This document shows, piece after piece, positions 50,564 to 60,664 of a stretch of 64,000 nt of DNA (within the stretch, counting starts at the first letter, position 1; every line of letters begins with the position of its first letter). The position numbers and the translations under genes are program-made. The DNA comes from an uncultured virus (IMG/VR IMGVR_UViG_3300031088_000775) (Duplodnaviria; Heunggongvirae; Uroviricota; Caudoviricetes), in the IMG/VR virus record IMGVR_UViG_3300031088_000775; one strand, given 5' to 3'. The notes under the pieces were generated by a model. That model ran no database searches. It saw only the letters and a list, made by a program, of their open reading frames with translations, and had not been told where the DNA came from.

Positions 50564-51538
50564 CTATGCGCTGACGCTAAACTCATTGTTAGAATCAGCA
50601 ATCTTGAAGTCGATGGCAACCCCCAAGGATTCAGCATAACGCTCTACATTCTTTGCGGGGCTGTTAGTAGAATTTGCGAAGATCGTTACAGATCGGTGAG
50701 TCATATTCGCCATCTTGCTGAACTTGTAGGCGCTGATACCGCGGTCAACTCGAATCTTATCCAAAGTTTTAGGCAGTTCGCTAATCGCAACTTCAATTTC
50801 TTCATTTTCAGCCTTAACGAAAACAGTGAGCTTCTTATTTAGAGCTTCAGCGATCTTATAGAAGTTGTTGAAACCACGACCTCGCTTTTCAGCAATCATA
50901 ATAGACTGTGGAGAAACCCCCGAGGTTCGCGATAGGGAGACCTTATCTAGACCCGCATCTTCGCGAAGCTTCTTAAGGGTGTTACCAATCTCTACACCGA
51001 AGTCAGTGTTGCGCTCGTTTTCGCGTGAATTAGCAGAGAAATCAACTCGTCGGTCATTACCTTCACCCGAGGTTGAAATATTGAGCCCTTCAACTTCGAA
51101 AGTGAATGACAGTTCATAGTTAAGCGCTTCTAGAAGGCTTTGGATAGTTCGTACAGTAGGGTTAGCGCTATTTCGGAAGTTCTTGATTCCCTGAATAGTT
51201 AGACCTGACATTCGCGCAAGTTCAGTCTGGGTGATTTGAGTCAGTTCAATCGTTTCATTGATGATTGTCTGAAGGTCATCAAGGCGGACCTCTCGAGACT
51301 CTGTTTCACCGTTCTTGATGAAGGCGCGAATAGTCACCTCTAGAGCATTTGCAACTCGCTTGATTGAAGAGATAGTTCCGGGATTCTTTTCGAAGAGGTT
51401 GACTGAGTTCCAGTTTAGTTCGCTCTGATCAGAAACGAATCCGACAGTGAGACCCTTTAGCTCTCGAATGTTCTTCATGAGCGGGCCAATGTCTAGCAAG
51501 TTAGTAATGTTCGAATCAATCGTTACAGTGGTAGTCAT
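50564..51538 (-). CDS. Transcriptional regulator with four XRE-type HTH domains
   Basis: Four HTH-like units (IRELKGLT.., TQTELARMSGLT.., LREDAGLD..SGVS, IRVDRGIS..); looks like a duplicated two-HTH module. Confidence 0.75.
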   Translation of the reverse strand: MTTTVTIDSNITNLLDIGPLMKNIRELKGLTVGFVSDQSELNWNSVNLFEKNPGTISSIKRVANALEVTIRAFIKNGETESREVRLDDLQTIINETIELTQITQTELARMSGLTIQGIKNFRNSANPTVRTIQSLLEALNYELSFTFEVEGLNISTSGEGNDRRVDFSANSRENERNTDFGVEIGNTLKKLREDAGLDKVSLSRTSGVSPQSIMIAEKRGRGFNNFYKIAEALNKKLTVFVKAENEEIEVAISELPKTLDKIRVDRGISAYKFSKMANMTHRSVTIFANSTNSPAKNVERYAESLGVAIDFKIADSNNEFSVSA

Positions 51539-52295
51539 TTTATTCTCTTTCGAATAGGTGTAAGAATCTTTGGGGAGGGTAGGGCCTCCGAATAGAGTTC
51601 AAAGTTTTATTGAATTTTTAGTGTAATTACAACTATACATCATTACTTGTCACTTTGCAAACAATCCTATTGAAAGCAAGTTTCTGAGATTGTGGATAGA
51701 ATATAGATTGTTGCTCAAGATTTTAAGAATCGACTAGCTTCGAGCCTGAGACTGTTGAAATATACTTCACTAAAGTATTGAACTCTAACTGAAGCAATGA
51801 TAAAGTTAACTATGTTGAACGCTTCGCTCGAAGTGAAGCTAATCGTTCTGGATGAACAAGCAAAATGCAAACATTGTTCAAAATAATTGTTTGTCGATAG
51901 GTTGCTTTAGCAATCACTTAATGAAAAACCTATCGCTTGATGAAATACATCTTAAATGTACCTTCGATTTGATAAGGTGAATACAATGATTCTTTCTATG
52001 AAAGCTAAACGGGAATAAAACAATTAAATATATGTTGAAATCAATGCGATATGCGTTTGATGCAATTACCTGAGAATCAGATCTGGTTTTACATGCGAAT
52101 TGTTCAATTGAAAAATGCATTGAATTGACGGAAAGCCTTTAAAATAGAAAGAGCCTCAGGCTTTCAAATTGAAAACTTCAGTAATCGAAGAAATCAATAA
52201 GTAGTTTAGCCTGAGGCTCTTTCAAAGGATATTCTTATTTAAAGGTTATTGCACTTCACGAATTGCTTAATGAAGTATTTCTAGGTAAAAATGCT

Positions 52296-53435
52296 TTAGA
52301 AACCAGCGAGTGATAGGCCGACTAGCTTACCGCTTGAGATATCCTTATTGCTTACAGCAATGTGAGTGTTCTTCTTAGAAGTTAGCTGATTCATGAAAGA
52401 CTTGCTGATCTTCAGTTCATCAATAGTCCGCTCAACATTAGCGCCACCGCTGAAGTTCATTTCAAAGGTGAAGAGGGTAGTCATTCCGTCAGCAATACGC
52501 GGGCTTCGTGAAGAGCTAAAGTTATCCTGAGTCCAAGCGTTAGTCGGGCCATCAAGAACACCAGTAGTTTTTAGCTTAGGGAGTCCCTTGCTTACGCGGA
52601 TCTCGTTTAGCTTGTTGATGACTGAAGTATTGTAAGAAGTGGTTGATGCGGCCTTAGCCTTAATCATGATCTTTTCAGTTTTATTAACAGACTTCTTGAT
52701 AGTTTTCTTTCCGCTCTTGTAAGAGTAAGAAACATTTGACTTCACAGTGTATGAACCAGGCTTAAGAGTAGCGTTAGTCTTGTTCTTCACGACTGGCTTA
52801 CCCTTAGAGTTAGTTACAGTAACCTTAGCAGAAGTAACCTTAGCGGCCTTATCCTTCTTGTAAACTGGCGCAACCTTTGCTGCAGAATTCTTGCTTGATA
52901 CAGTCTTATTACCGATCTTACCAATAGTGACCTTAGGTGCGTGAGCCTTTGCCTTCGCCTTCTTTACAGTCACCTTGAAAGACTGATTGTACTTAGTAGT
53001 CTTAGTTACAGTCTTCTTACCGCTCTTGTAAGTGTACTTAATTGTATTCTGCAACTTGTAAGAACCAGCCTTGAGCTTCACGCTGTTCTTATTCTTAGCA
53101 ATAGTCTTGCCCTTAGTATTCTTTACAGTCACCTTGGCTGACTTGATCTTTGTACCTTTAGACTTAGTGTAGCTAGGCTTTACAGTCTTAGTGCTCGACT
53201 TTTTCGCTACAGTCGCATTCCCAATCTTCTTAAACTTTACTTTAGGTGCTGCCTTCTTAGAGGAGGCCTTAGCAGGAGTAGCGATAGTAGCTCCAGCAAG
53301 AGATGAGATCCCTACATTCGATGCCTGCGTTGCGACAGTTGGTGCCGGTGCAGCATTTGCCGCGACTACACCCGAGAGTGGAAGTGCTGTAGCAAGTGCG
53401 AGAACCGCTACGCTCTTTGCAAATTTCTTAAACAT
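52296..53435 (-). CDS. Secreted Lys-rich protein with internal duplication and CAP/SCP-like C-terminus
   Basis: Signal peptide; two APKV..KIGN..P.Y..SAKVTV.N.KGK..GSY..YKSGKKT repeats; VINKLNEIRVSKGLPKL. Confidence 0.7.
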   Translation of the reverse strand: MFKKFAKSVAVLALATALPLSGVVAANAAPAPTVATQASNVGISSLAGATIATPAKASSKKAAPKVKFKKIGNATVAKKSSTKTVKPSYTKSKGTKIKSAKVTVKNTKGKTIAKNKNSVKLKAGSYKLQNTIKYTYKSGKKTVTKTTKYNQSFKVTVKKAKAKAHAPKVTIGKIGNKTVSSKNSAAKVAPVYKKDKAAKVTSAKVTVTNSKGKPVVKNKTNATLKPGSYTVKSNVSYSYKSGKKTIKKSVNKTEKIMIKAKAASTTSYNTSVINKLNEIRVSKGLPKLKTTGVLDGPTNAWTQDNFSSSRSPRIADGMTTLFTFEMNFSGGANVERTIDELKISKSFMNQLTSKKNTHIAVSNKDISSGKLVGLSLAGF

Positions 53436-53820
53436 TGTTTTACTCCAAATTAAATAAGTTATCCTTTATGAAAACAACTATACACGAAGTTTAGATTATT
53501 TTTACATTTTTAATAGAATTTAAAGTAGATTATCAGTCTTTTAAACTCTGTCTTAAAGGGTTTTGATAATCAAGACTAACGAAAATTCATTATTAGTAAT
53601 AGTAAAACCATTAAGTTCTCAAAGGAATTCTGTGTTTTGATTGATTAAAGAGAGTAATTATTTCCACTGTTAAATAAGACTTAAACAGACTTAAAATAAG
53701 TAGAAAAATTTTTCAAAGTATTCTAAAAACTGTGTCTAACCATCAAAACTTGGTAAAATCAGAATCAACTGATATACGAATTGAACAACTAAAACAAAAC
53801 TATCTAGTAAGGCTTACTCA

Positions 53821-54906
53821 ATGAATAATGAAAACGATAAACGCCACCGCGAGAACGGAGGCAATCATGAAGACAAAAATCTCTTTGACTTGAACTCCCC
53901 ACATAATGATTTCTTAAATGAAAGCAATACTCAGTCGAATACAAATGACTCGAATAATTCAGAATCGCTAAATACTGAGTCACCTTTCATGAATTCTTCT
54001 GAAACGCCTTTTACGAATACTCATCAAAATAACTTTGAGAATGTGGGTGAGACTTCAGACGGAACTCACACGCCACCGCAGCCTGAAAGACAGCCTCAAC
54101 AGCATAATGCGGTTCCACGAAATCCGTATAACCCTCGAAATGCAATGGCTTACGGCGGTGTTCCAATGTCCCCAGTATTACAGAAAGATTGGGGTTTGAG
54201 AAAGATTCTCGCATCTGTTTTCGCAGTGCCGATGATGTTCTTGCTAATGGTTGCTCTAATGATTCCTGTAGTTTTCACCATGGGAGTTCCTGATATAACA
54301 ACTAGCCTGATCTTGACTATCGTCTGTGAAATTGGTGTTCTTTTCTGGGGCCTATGGATTACTGGCGCATTAGGGAAGATTAAAGAAACATTATATTTGA
54401 AGAATTTCAGTTGGAAAAATATTGGAATTGGTGCTGGATTCGGTGCATTACTCTTTATCGGGCTTCAAACACTTTCGATAGGTCTATCTCAACTAGGCTT
54501 GTCAAAAGTTGAATCAAGCGACACAAGTACTTCTTTAAGTAGTCTCACTGGTATTGAGCAATTCATTATTCTGCTTATTGTAGTCCCTTTTATTGTTCCA
54601 GTGATTGAGGAATTGTTCTTCCGTGGTTACATTTTCGGGTTCTTGAGAAATTCAGAAAGATTCAGGAGTGAAAAAGTTGCTTTCTGGACTGCGTTGCTAG
54701 TTTCATCATTTATTTTTGCAGTGATGCACGCTCAAGGGTTTTCTACATTCAGTGATTTCTTTATTATTGGTTGGATTTTCATTGTAGCGTTAGTGAATGC
54801 GAAACTTCTTGAGAAGACACAGTCTATTTATACTGCAATGGCTTCGCATGTTACTTACAATTTCATTACAGCAATTTTGGGCTTTATCGCTTCTTCCGCT
54901 GCGTAA
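53821..54906 (+). CDS. CPBP/Abi (CAAX-type) intramembrane metalloprotease
   Basis: EELFFRG, FAVMH, HVTYN; multiple TM helices. Confidence 0.85.
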   Translation: MNNENDKRHRENGGNHEDKNLFDLNSPHNDFLNESNTQSNTNDSNNSESLNTESPFMNSSETPFTNTHQNNFENVGETSDGTHTPPQPERQPQQHNAVPRNPYNPRNAMAYGGVPMSPVLQKDWGLRKILASVFAVPMMFLLMVALMIPVVFTMGVPDITTSLILTIVCEIGVLFWGLWITGALGKIKETLYLKNFSWKNIGIGAGFGALLFIGLQTLSIGLSQLGLSKVESSDTSTSLSSLTGIEQFIILLIVVPFIVPVIEELFFRGYIFGFLRNSERFRSEKVAFWTALLVSSFIFAVMHAQGFSTFSDFFIIGWIFIVALVNAKLLEKTQSIYTAMASHVTYNFITAILGFIASSAA

Positions 54907-55026
54907 AAATTAAGAATTACTAATGATCTCTTGTTAAAGTTTTCTATATTTTTTAATGTGATTAATTGCTTTTAAAAACTAAAGTGAGGTACCCTAGGTT
55001 ACAGGGTACCTCACTTTTTATTTGTT

Positions 55027-55359
55027 TTACTCAGTGAGAGCTTTGAAGAGACGGTTATAATCCTCACCGACAGCTGCCATAGCGTCCGAACGTTCCGTGA
55101 AGTAAAGCATCCGGTCGTTAAAGTCCTCAACAGCGCCATCGAAGCCGTCATCAAAGTACACGAGGTAGACAGTGACTCCTTCAATTTCTACTTCGTAGAC
55201 GCTGATTTCATATCCTCCACGGACATATTCAGCGAACTGTGGATTCAATTCATAGAAGTCAATGTTCAGGATTTGGTTTTCTTCAGTTAGCTGCGAGTCA
55301 ACAAGTTCAAAATTGTCATCATTAAGTTCGAATGGGAAAGTCGATTCAAGCATTTTCAA
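55027..55359 (-). CDS. Small acidic protein
   Basis: Promoter motif upstream, GTGAGGTACCCT/AGGGTACCTCAC hairpin downstream. Confidence 0.65.
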   Translation of the reverse strand: MKMLESTFPFELNDDNFELVDSQLTEENQILNIDFYELNPQFAEYVRGGYEISVYEVEIEGVTVYLVYFDDGFDGAVEDFNDRMLYFTERSDAMAAVGEDYNRLFKALTE

Positions 55360-55640
55360 AATCCTGTCAATAAGTTTTTCAAAGTTTTGAGTTTCACGAA
55401 GATTTGTTTTCGTGGTTCGTACAAATACAACTATACATCATTCCTTCGAGTAATGCAAAATCTTGCTGAGCTTTCAAAAAAGTTCAAGCTTGTTAAGGGT
55501 CAAGATCTTAAAAACAAGTAGAGTAAAAACAAAAAGACCACCTTCTTTTGAAAGATAGCCTTCATGTTGTTTTCAAGCTATTTGGTTCGCAAGTAACTTG
55601 AAAGTTTATGAGAATCAGAACAGTACGTAATTTTTAAAAA

Positions 55641-55997
55641 TTAGGAAAGTAGATTTTCTGAGTTAGTGATCGATAGATTCCCGCTATCTTTGAGCGAGAG
55701 CCATACAGTCATACCATTCTTCTTGAGATTGTTAGCGTAAGAAGAATCAGTAAGGCACCAGTTTTCATCAATGGAGTCTTCAGGAATCATGAAGGTAAAG
55801 GATTCATCAACTTCATTGTTGACTACAATGCCATTCACTATGAAATCGAACCAAACCGAATTGTTCTTATCCAAATGCATATTTCCCTGGAACTCCGCCG
55901 AAATGTCCGAAGTGTTTGACTTGTCCCAACGGCGATCCTTCAAGGCTTCAACAATCATGTTCCCCATGAGTTCAGTTTTGTGATTGATGTTGAACAT
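55641..55997 (-). CDS. Hypothetical protein
   Basis: ATG 55997 after AAGGA; promoter motif. Confidence 0.6.
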   Translation of the reverse strand: MFNINHKTELMGNMIVEALKDRRWDKSNTSDISAEFQGNMHLDKNNSVWFDFIVNGIVVNNEVDESFTFMIPEDSIDENWCLTDSSYANNLKKNGMTVWLSLKDSGNLSITNSENLLS

Positions 55998-56202
55998 GAT
56001 TCCATATCCTTTGAATTGTTTAGTAGTTCCTGACACATACAACTATACATGAAACTCTAATAAGTGCAAACAATATTAGCAGGCGCAGTAAGAATCAACA
56101 GTCAATTCTTAAAAATGATACAGACGCAATAGGTCTTCAGAGGCTGGAGTAAGCAATATTTTGTAAAATTGTTAAAAATCAGTTGAGAGCAGCATATTTT
56201 AT

Positions 56203-56375
56203 TGTTTTCTAGATCGAGTAAAAACTGCGCTACTAAGGCCACCTAGTTGGACCCGATAGCACAACGGCAAACTAGGTGGTCTTTTGCAGTAAAATGACAG
56301 TTTTGCAGTGAAATACTGTCTACTGTATGACTATACCCTAAGAGCCATTTTTGACTCTATAGACCGCTTAGGCTA
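56203..56375. repeat. Dispersed ~180-bp structured element, copy 6
   Basis: CCACCTAGTTGGACCCGATAGCACAACGGCAAACTAGGTGG with conserved flanks. Confidence 0.9.
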
Positions 56376-56409
56376 CAAGCAAAAAAGACAGTCTCTAGAC
56401 TTTGAAAAG

Positions 56410-56577
56410 TTATTCCTTCTCTAGCGAATCTTCAAAATCATCAAGAAGATCTTCAACTGAACTCATCGCGCTATCCCAGCCGTAAGCAGCTTCGTTACTC
56501 ACCCAGACAGCCGCTTCTTCTTTAACTAATTCTCGAAGCTTCTTTACGAATTCTTCAACAGTCATTTTAGAACTCAT
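56410..56577 (-). CDS. Small acidic protein (55 aa, not in ORF track)
   Basis: MSSKMTVEEFVKKLRELV...; AAGGA RBS. Confidence 0.6.
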   Translation of the reverse strand: MSSKMTVEEFVKKLRELVKEEAAVWVSNEAAYGWDSAMSSVEDLLDDFEDSLEKE

Positions 56578-56627
56578 TTTAAAATCCTTTAAATAGTAGT
56601 AATTAAATATAAGTTTTCGGATACTCT

Positions 56628-56885
56628 CTATCGAGAGCGAATATCTTCAATATCCAAGGCGGTATCGTAGGGGTAGATATTGGAGGACTCAGAAGAGGTT
56701 TCAGCAATGAAGCTATTGCAGTAAGTCGGCCCGCCAATCTCGAACCAAACACGTCCTTCATGAAGAAAAACAACTCCAGTGTGAATCGGGCGATCATCGA
56801 AATCATCTTCATTTTCGAGAATAAGGTCAATCAAGTCTTCAACTTTATCCTTGAGTACAGCCGTAGTTTCAGTAACGTTTGACAT
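56628..56885 (-). CDS. Small acidic protein
   Basis: AGGAG RBS, promoter motif. Confidence 0.65.
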   Translation of the reverse strand: MSNVTETTAVLKDKVEDLIDLILENEDDFDDRPIHTGVVFLHEGRVWFEIGGPTYCNSFIAETSSESSNIYPYDTALDIEDIRSR

Positions 56886-57137
56886 GCGTTGCTCCTATAT
56901 GAGAGTTCAAGAAGTGCTTTATTTTTCAATTGCAACTATACACGAGAAATAGGGTATTGCAAAAGTAGATTGCTTTTCGGAATTACAAAATACTTTATTC
57001 GTATCGCGAGTAGGTGTTAAGAACATAAAGTACACAACTTTCCGAAACAATAGAAGAATGTCTTTGACAATACATAAAACTTGAGGTTCGAGCACTTTGT
57101 AATTTTTAGTGTTCGAGCCTCAAAAATAGCAAGAGCT

Positions 57138-58019
57138 CTAATTATGAGAACTCAAAAATTCTCTAATCGCATCTTCAGTCTCTACACGATTCTTCATCCA
57201 TTCATCAGACCAAACATGCAACAAACAAATCCCTAAATCTTTACAAAGTCGTTCTTTCAAAGCCTCACGCGAAGACTCAGTACCGTCAGCAACATCCCTC
57301 AAATAAGCCTCTCTATCATGCCAACGAATTCCATTGTACTCTATCGCTAACTTCAAGCTAGGGATGTGAATATCCAACTGCATTGCCCCACCAGAGCCAG
57401 GCCTCGAAATAACAGAATAGTCCCCATTAATCACCTCAACAGTTTCAGAAAGACATTCTTTAACAAACTCAAAGACTTCTAACTCTTCCTTTGAAGCGTG
57501 ATTGTAGTACCAATTCTTCCCATACCGCTCTTTAATAGTCGATTGAGCTTTCTTCACCATCTCTTCAATACGCTCAGGATCTGAGTAAAGCTTAGACATT
57601 CCTTCTTTGCGGGCTTTCTCTTTTGCTTCATCAGTTTTAGTTATATCAAAATCAGAAAGTATTTGCCTAAACCTTTCTTTTGTTATTCCATAATGATTTG
57701 CGCAAGTCTTTAATGATAAATTTTGAGTAATATATAAATCAAAGACCTCATCCCTTGGAATTACGTTCTGAACTAGAGGTTCAGGTTTTATATTAGTCTT
57801 GAAGACTGACTCACCTCTTGACTCAAATTCTTTAAAATTTTCTAGTGGCTGAGGCTTTATTTTACGCTGGCTAGCGTCAATTCCATTCTTGTTCATAATA
57901 CTTATAAGTTTGCCACTAGAGAATCCAAATATTTCAGGTAAGTCTGTGGATTTTATTCCTTGATTAATAAATACTTCAATAAGATTCTCGATAGTCACTG
58001 GAAGATACTCTTTACTCAT
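57138..58019 (-). CDS. HTH-containing PD-(D/E)XK/Vsr-like endonuclease (homing-endonuclease-like)
   Basis: QLDIHIPSLKLAIEYNGIRWH...LLHVWSDEW; N-terminal HTH-like segments. Confidence 0.7.
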   Translation of the reverse strand: MSKEYLPVTIENLIEVFINQGIKSTDLPEIFGFSSGKLISIMNKNGIDASQRKIKPQPLENFKEFESRGESVFKTNIKPEPLVQNVIPRDEVFDLYITQNLSLKTCANHYGITKERFRQILSDFDITKTDEAKEKARKEGMSKLYSDPERIEEMVKKAQSTIKERYGKNWYYNHASKEELEVFEFVKECLSETVEVINGDYSVISRPGSGGAMQLDIHIPSLKLAIEYNGIRWHDREAYLRDVADGTESSREALKERLCKDLGICLLHVWSDEWMKNRVETEDAIREFLSSHN

Positions 58020-58020
58020 C

Positions 58021-60180
58021 TTATTTCAACTCAATCGCCGTTTCTAAAACTTCAGGCTCCGGCTGCTTAGCATAGGCCTCTTGCATTTTCGCGTATGGTT
58101 TAATTTGCGCTACCGGACAGAGTTTTGCAGCTATGCACCATGAGCAAATAAATGACGGTTTGTACTCAAAAGTATTCGTCTCAGCGAAGTTATCTAGCGC
58201 CTTGTCTGCTTTTTCGACATCTTCGATAACTTTTTCTAGAAGTTCTTGATCGTCTACATCAACATTGACTACATCTCGAGCGACGGGGAAGATTAGTCTT
58301 GCGCCTGATACATCAATGTCATCCTGTCGTAAGAGGATAGTGTAGATTAGCTGCTGGCGAGCCTCTGGCCATCCATCCATTGATTTTAGATGCTTCTTAT
58401 ACTTCTTTGCCTTCGCCCCAGTATTGTGAGTTAAAGTGAAGTTTTCGCCAAACTGATATAGAGAATCCTCAGCATCTACCCCAATACATTGAGTCGGTAC
58501 TGATTCTACCTTCTTGATATTTCGGATATACTTTCGGGTAGACATATATTTAGTCTTTGATGTTGGAGCGTAATCTTCAACAAGTTTTCGCTTTCTTTCG
58601 AGAAGGAAAGGATTTAATGAGAACGTGGAGAACTCTAAAGAATAAACAGGCTTGTCATAAACTTCATTGTTCTTCCATGAAAGTTTCTTCTCAAGTACAG
58701 CGTGATACGGAGTTATTCCGAAAGTCGAAATAAGAGACATTACGTTATAGAACAACTCTTCTTTAATTCCCCCAAAGACAGCTCTATTTCGAGTTTTGTT
58801 CCATGTTCCGTCTGAATCCATTAAGCCTTGTAATAAGGCTAATCTTTGGTCGTGGCTAGCAAATAAGTATTCTTCAGGAATATGCTTGTTATTTTGAAGG
58901 TTATTCCTCTTTAAGAGAGTACTTAGACTTACATTGTATCCATCTCTTCTTGACAATCCCTTAGTTTTTGCAGCGTATTTACATTCATCACAGAAATCAA
59001 TATGAGGATGACTCTTATGAAGATTTCCAAAACTACAGCCAGCCTCAATCAATTTCGGAAAACCTATGCTATAATGACCAGACTTTTTGTCAAGAATCTT
59101 TTTAGCTGTAGGCCAGATTTTCTGCAGTCTTTCGAAAGTTTCATCAATATCTTGGTTCCCGACAGAAATGTACCCACCGCTACTATCTCCGTCACCTAAC
59201 CAGTATCCAAGAAGATATGGGTCAATTGGTAGATCTTTTTCTGGTAGATCTAGAGGTTCTGGGTTTACAATTCGGAAAGCAGCTGTTAAAGGATCTGAGA
59301 ATTTTTCGAACAATTCTTCTGTACTCAAAACCTCAGAAATAAACTTACCAGTTTTTTCACCAGCATGTTTTTTGTGGTTGTATTCAACCTGCCATAAATG
59401 CACATTATCAGATGTAACAGTCTGATTTGACGTAAATTCAAGCTCGTAACAATCTCTATTGTGAATGCCAGACTTTTTGACAATCTTCGTGGGTTTACCA
59501 TTAGAGCCGAGAACATCTTCACCTTCTTTAAGCTCAGCCATAGTCTTAAAACCAGTGGGTGTCGGGATAGGAGTGTCTAATGCTAACCCCTTCCAATCCT
59601 CTACTACTATCGACCCATCATTACGTTTAGTATTCTCAGTAACCCGGTCTATAAACCCTAGAGTCTGTCGTTTAGCTTTACCAATTTTACCTTTGACGAA
59701 GATTTCTAAACCGTCTTGAGGTTCCTGCCCTCTTACTGAAAGTTTAGCGATTTTGATGTTTTGCGGTTTAGCTCCCATCGTGTAATAACCATTGACTGCA
59801 TCTCGAATCCAAGCGATTACTTCAGGGTTAGTGGACAAGTCTACATATTCTTCTGACTGTAATACAGTATCGACTTCTTCTTTAATTCTGTCGGTAGTTC
59901 TTTCTTCAGGTGGGAGTGCGAAGAAGTTTTCCATAACTTGATGGAATAGGGATCCGCGGCGTGCAGCATTGTCTGGTTCTTGCTCGATTACTTCGGACTC
60001 TACGAATGAGCTGATCGCCCATTTTGCTGGACATGTTTCGATGCCAGTGATTAGAGAGGCGGAGATGTTTTTCTTTTCGAAAGCTTCTACAACTTTAGGG
60101 TGCACTAGATGGACACCTTCATAATCCATAGAGACTAGAATTTCTTGATTGCCGTTTTCGTCTAAATACTTTTTAGCCAT
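58021..60180 (-). CDS. Cas4/AddB-like PD-(D/E)XK exonuclease interrupted by an intein
   Basis: SAS..TCP, RGSLFH, GFIDRV, EDWK|TG, QQLIY, CSWC..LCP (4-Cys cluster); extein is 330 aa. Confidence 0.85.
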   Translation of the reverse strand: MAKKYLDENGNQEILVSMDYEGVHLVHPKVVEAFEKKNISASLITGIETCPAKWAISSFVESEVIEQEPDNAARRGSLFHQVMENFFALPPEERTTDRIKEEVDTVLQSEEYVDLSTNPEVIAWIRDAVNGYYTMGAKPQNIKIAKLSVRGQEPQDGLEIFVKGKIGKAKRQTLGFIDRVTENTKRNDGSIVVEDWKGLALDTPIPTPTGFKTMAELKEGEDVLGSNGKPTKIVKKSGIHNRDCYELEFTSNQTVTSDNVHLWQVEYNHKKHAGEKTGKFISEVLSTEELFEKFSDPLTAAFRIVNPEPLDLPEKDLPIDPYLLGYWLGDGDSSGGYISVGNQDIDETFERLQKIWPTAKKILDKKSGHYSIGFPKLIEAGCSFGNLHKSHPHIDFCDECKYAAKTKGLSRRDGYNVSLSTLLKRNNLQNNKHIPEEYLFASHDQRLALLQGLMDSDGTWNKTRNRAVFGGIKEELFYNVMSLISTFGITPYHAVLEKKLSWKNNEVYDKPVYSLEFSTFSLNPFLLERKRKLVEDYAPTSKTKYMSTRKYIRNIKKVESVPTQCIGVDAEDSLYQFGENFTLTHNTGAKAKKYKKHLKSMDGWPEARQQLIYTILLRQDDIDVSGARLIFPVARDVVNVDVDDQELLEKVIEDVEKADKALDNFAETNTFEYKPSFICSWCIAAKLCPVAQIKPYAKMQEAYAKQPEPEVLETAIELK
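58423..59589 (-). mobile_element. Class 3-type intein with LAGLIDADG homing endonuclease (389 aa)
   Basis: GLALDTPIPTP...HLW...LLGYWLGDG...LLQGLMDSDG...TQCIGV...LTHN|T. Confidence 0.88.
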
Positions 60181-60379
60181 GATTTTTACCTATGTTTAGT
60201 TCTGTTATTTTTTGTTTTATAGACTTTGAGTCTTTTTTGTATAGATATGTTTTACCAAAAATATATGAGGTAATTCTTATCGCTATTAGTACTGGTGGCG
60301 GACTTAGCAAGAAAGCCATGTCTATTCATTTTGAAAGTGTTCTTCAAGCGAAGTCACTAGCTTATTTCAAACTTTTGGA

Positions 60380-60556
60380 GTCGAGCCTAAGCGGTCTATA
60401 GAGTCGGTTTTAGCTCTTAGGGTATAGTCATACAGTAAACTGTATTTTCTGTTGAAACTGTCATTTTACAGCAAAAGACCACCTAGTTAGCCGTTATAGC
60501 CTCGGGCCTAACTAGGTGGTCTTAGTAGAGCAGTTTCTACTTAAAGTCTAAAACAG
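60380..60556. repeat. Dispersed ~180-bp structured element, copy 7
   Basis: AAGACCACCTAGTTAGCCGTTATAGCCTCGGGCCTAACTAGGTGGTCTT with conserved flanks. Confidence 0.9.
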
Positions 60557-60664
60557 CAAAAATACTGCTTAAGTTTGTTATTTTAAGAAAAGAAAGTTTA
60601 GAGTACTCTAAAGAGAATAAAAGATTTATTTACTCTTTTTAAAAGATTCTCTAAGAATTAATTA

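Larger units (their letters stand above)
27478..56940. promoter_or_regulatory. Conserved promoter family TTGCA/TTGAA-N16-17-TATAGT-TGT (about 20 copies)
   Basis: -10 boxes on + at 27478, 30392, 34675, 35386, 36719, 37383, 38772, 40155, 43533 and on - at 42600, 43177, 45337, 45998, 47919, 49962, 51632, 53477, 55430, 56042, 56935, each upstream of a co-oriented gene. Confidence 0.8.

Noticed and set aside
35363..56042. ORF-track starts at 35363, 36713, 38769, 45368 and 56042
   Set aside because: They run through the conserved promoter (giving CIVV/YSCI-type peptides); downstream starts with an RBS or leaderless spacing fit better, and 36713-36910 is probably spurious
58021..60180. CRISPR-associated Cas4
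   Set aside because: No cas1/cas2 or array nearby; solo Cas4/AddB-like nucleases are common in mobile elements
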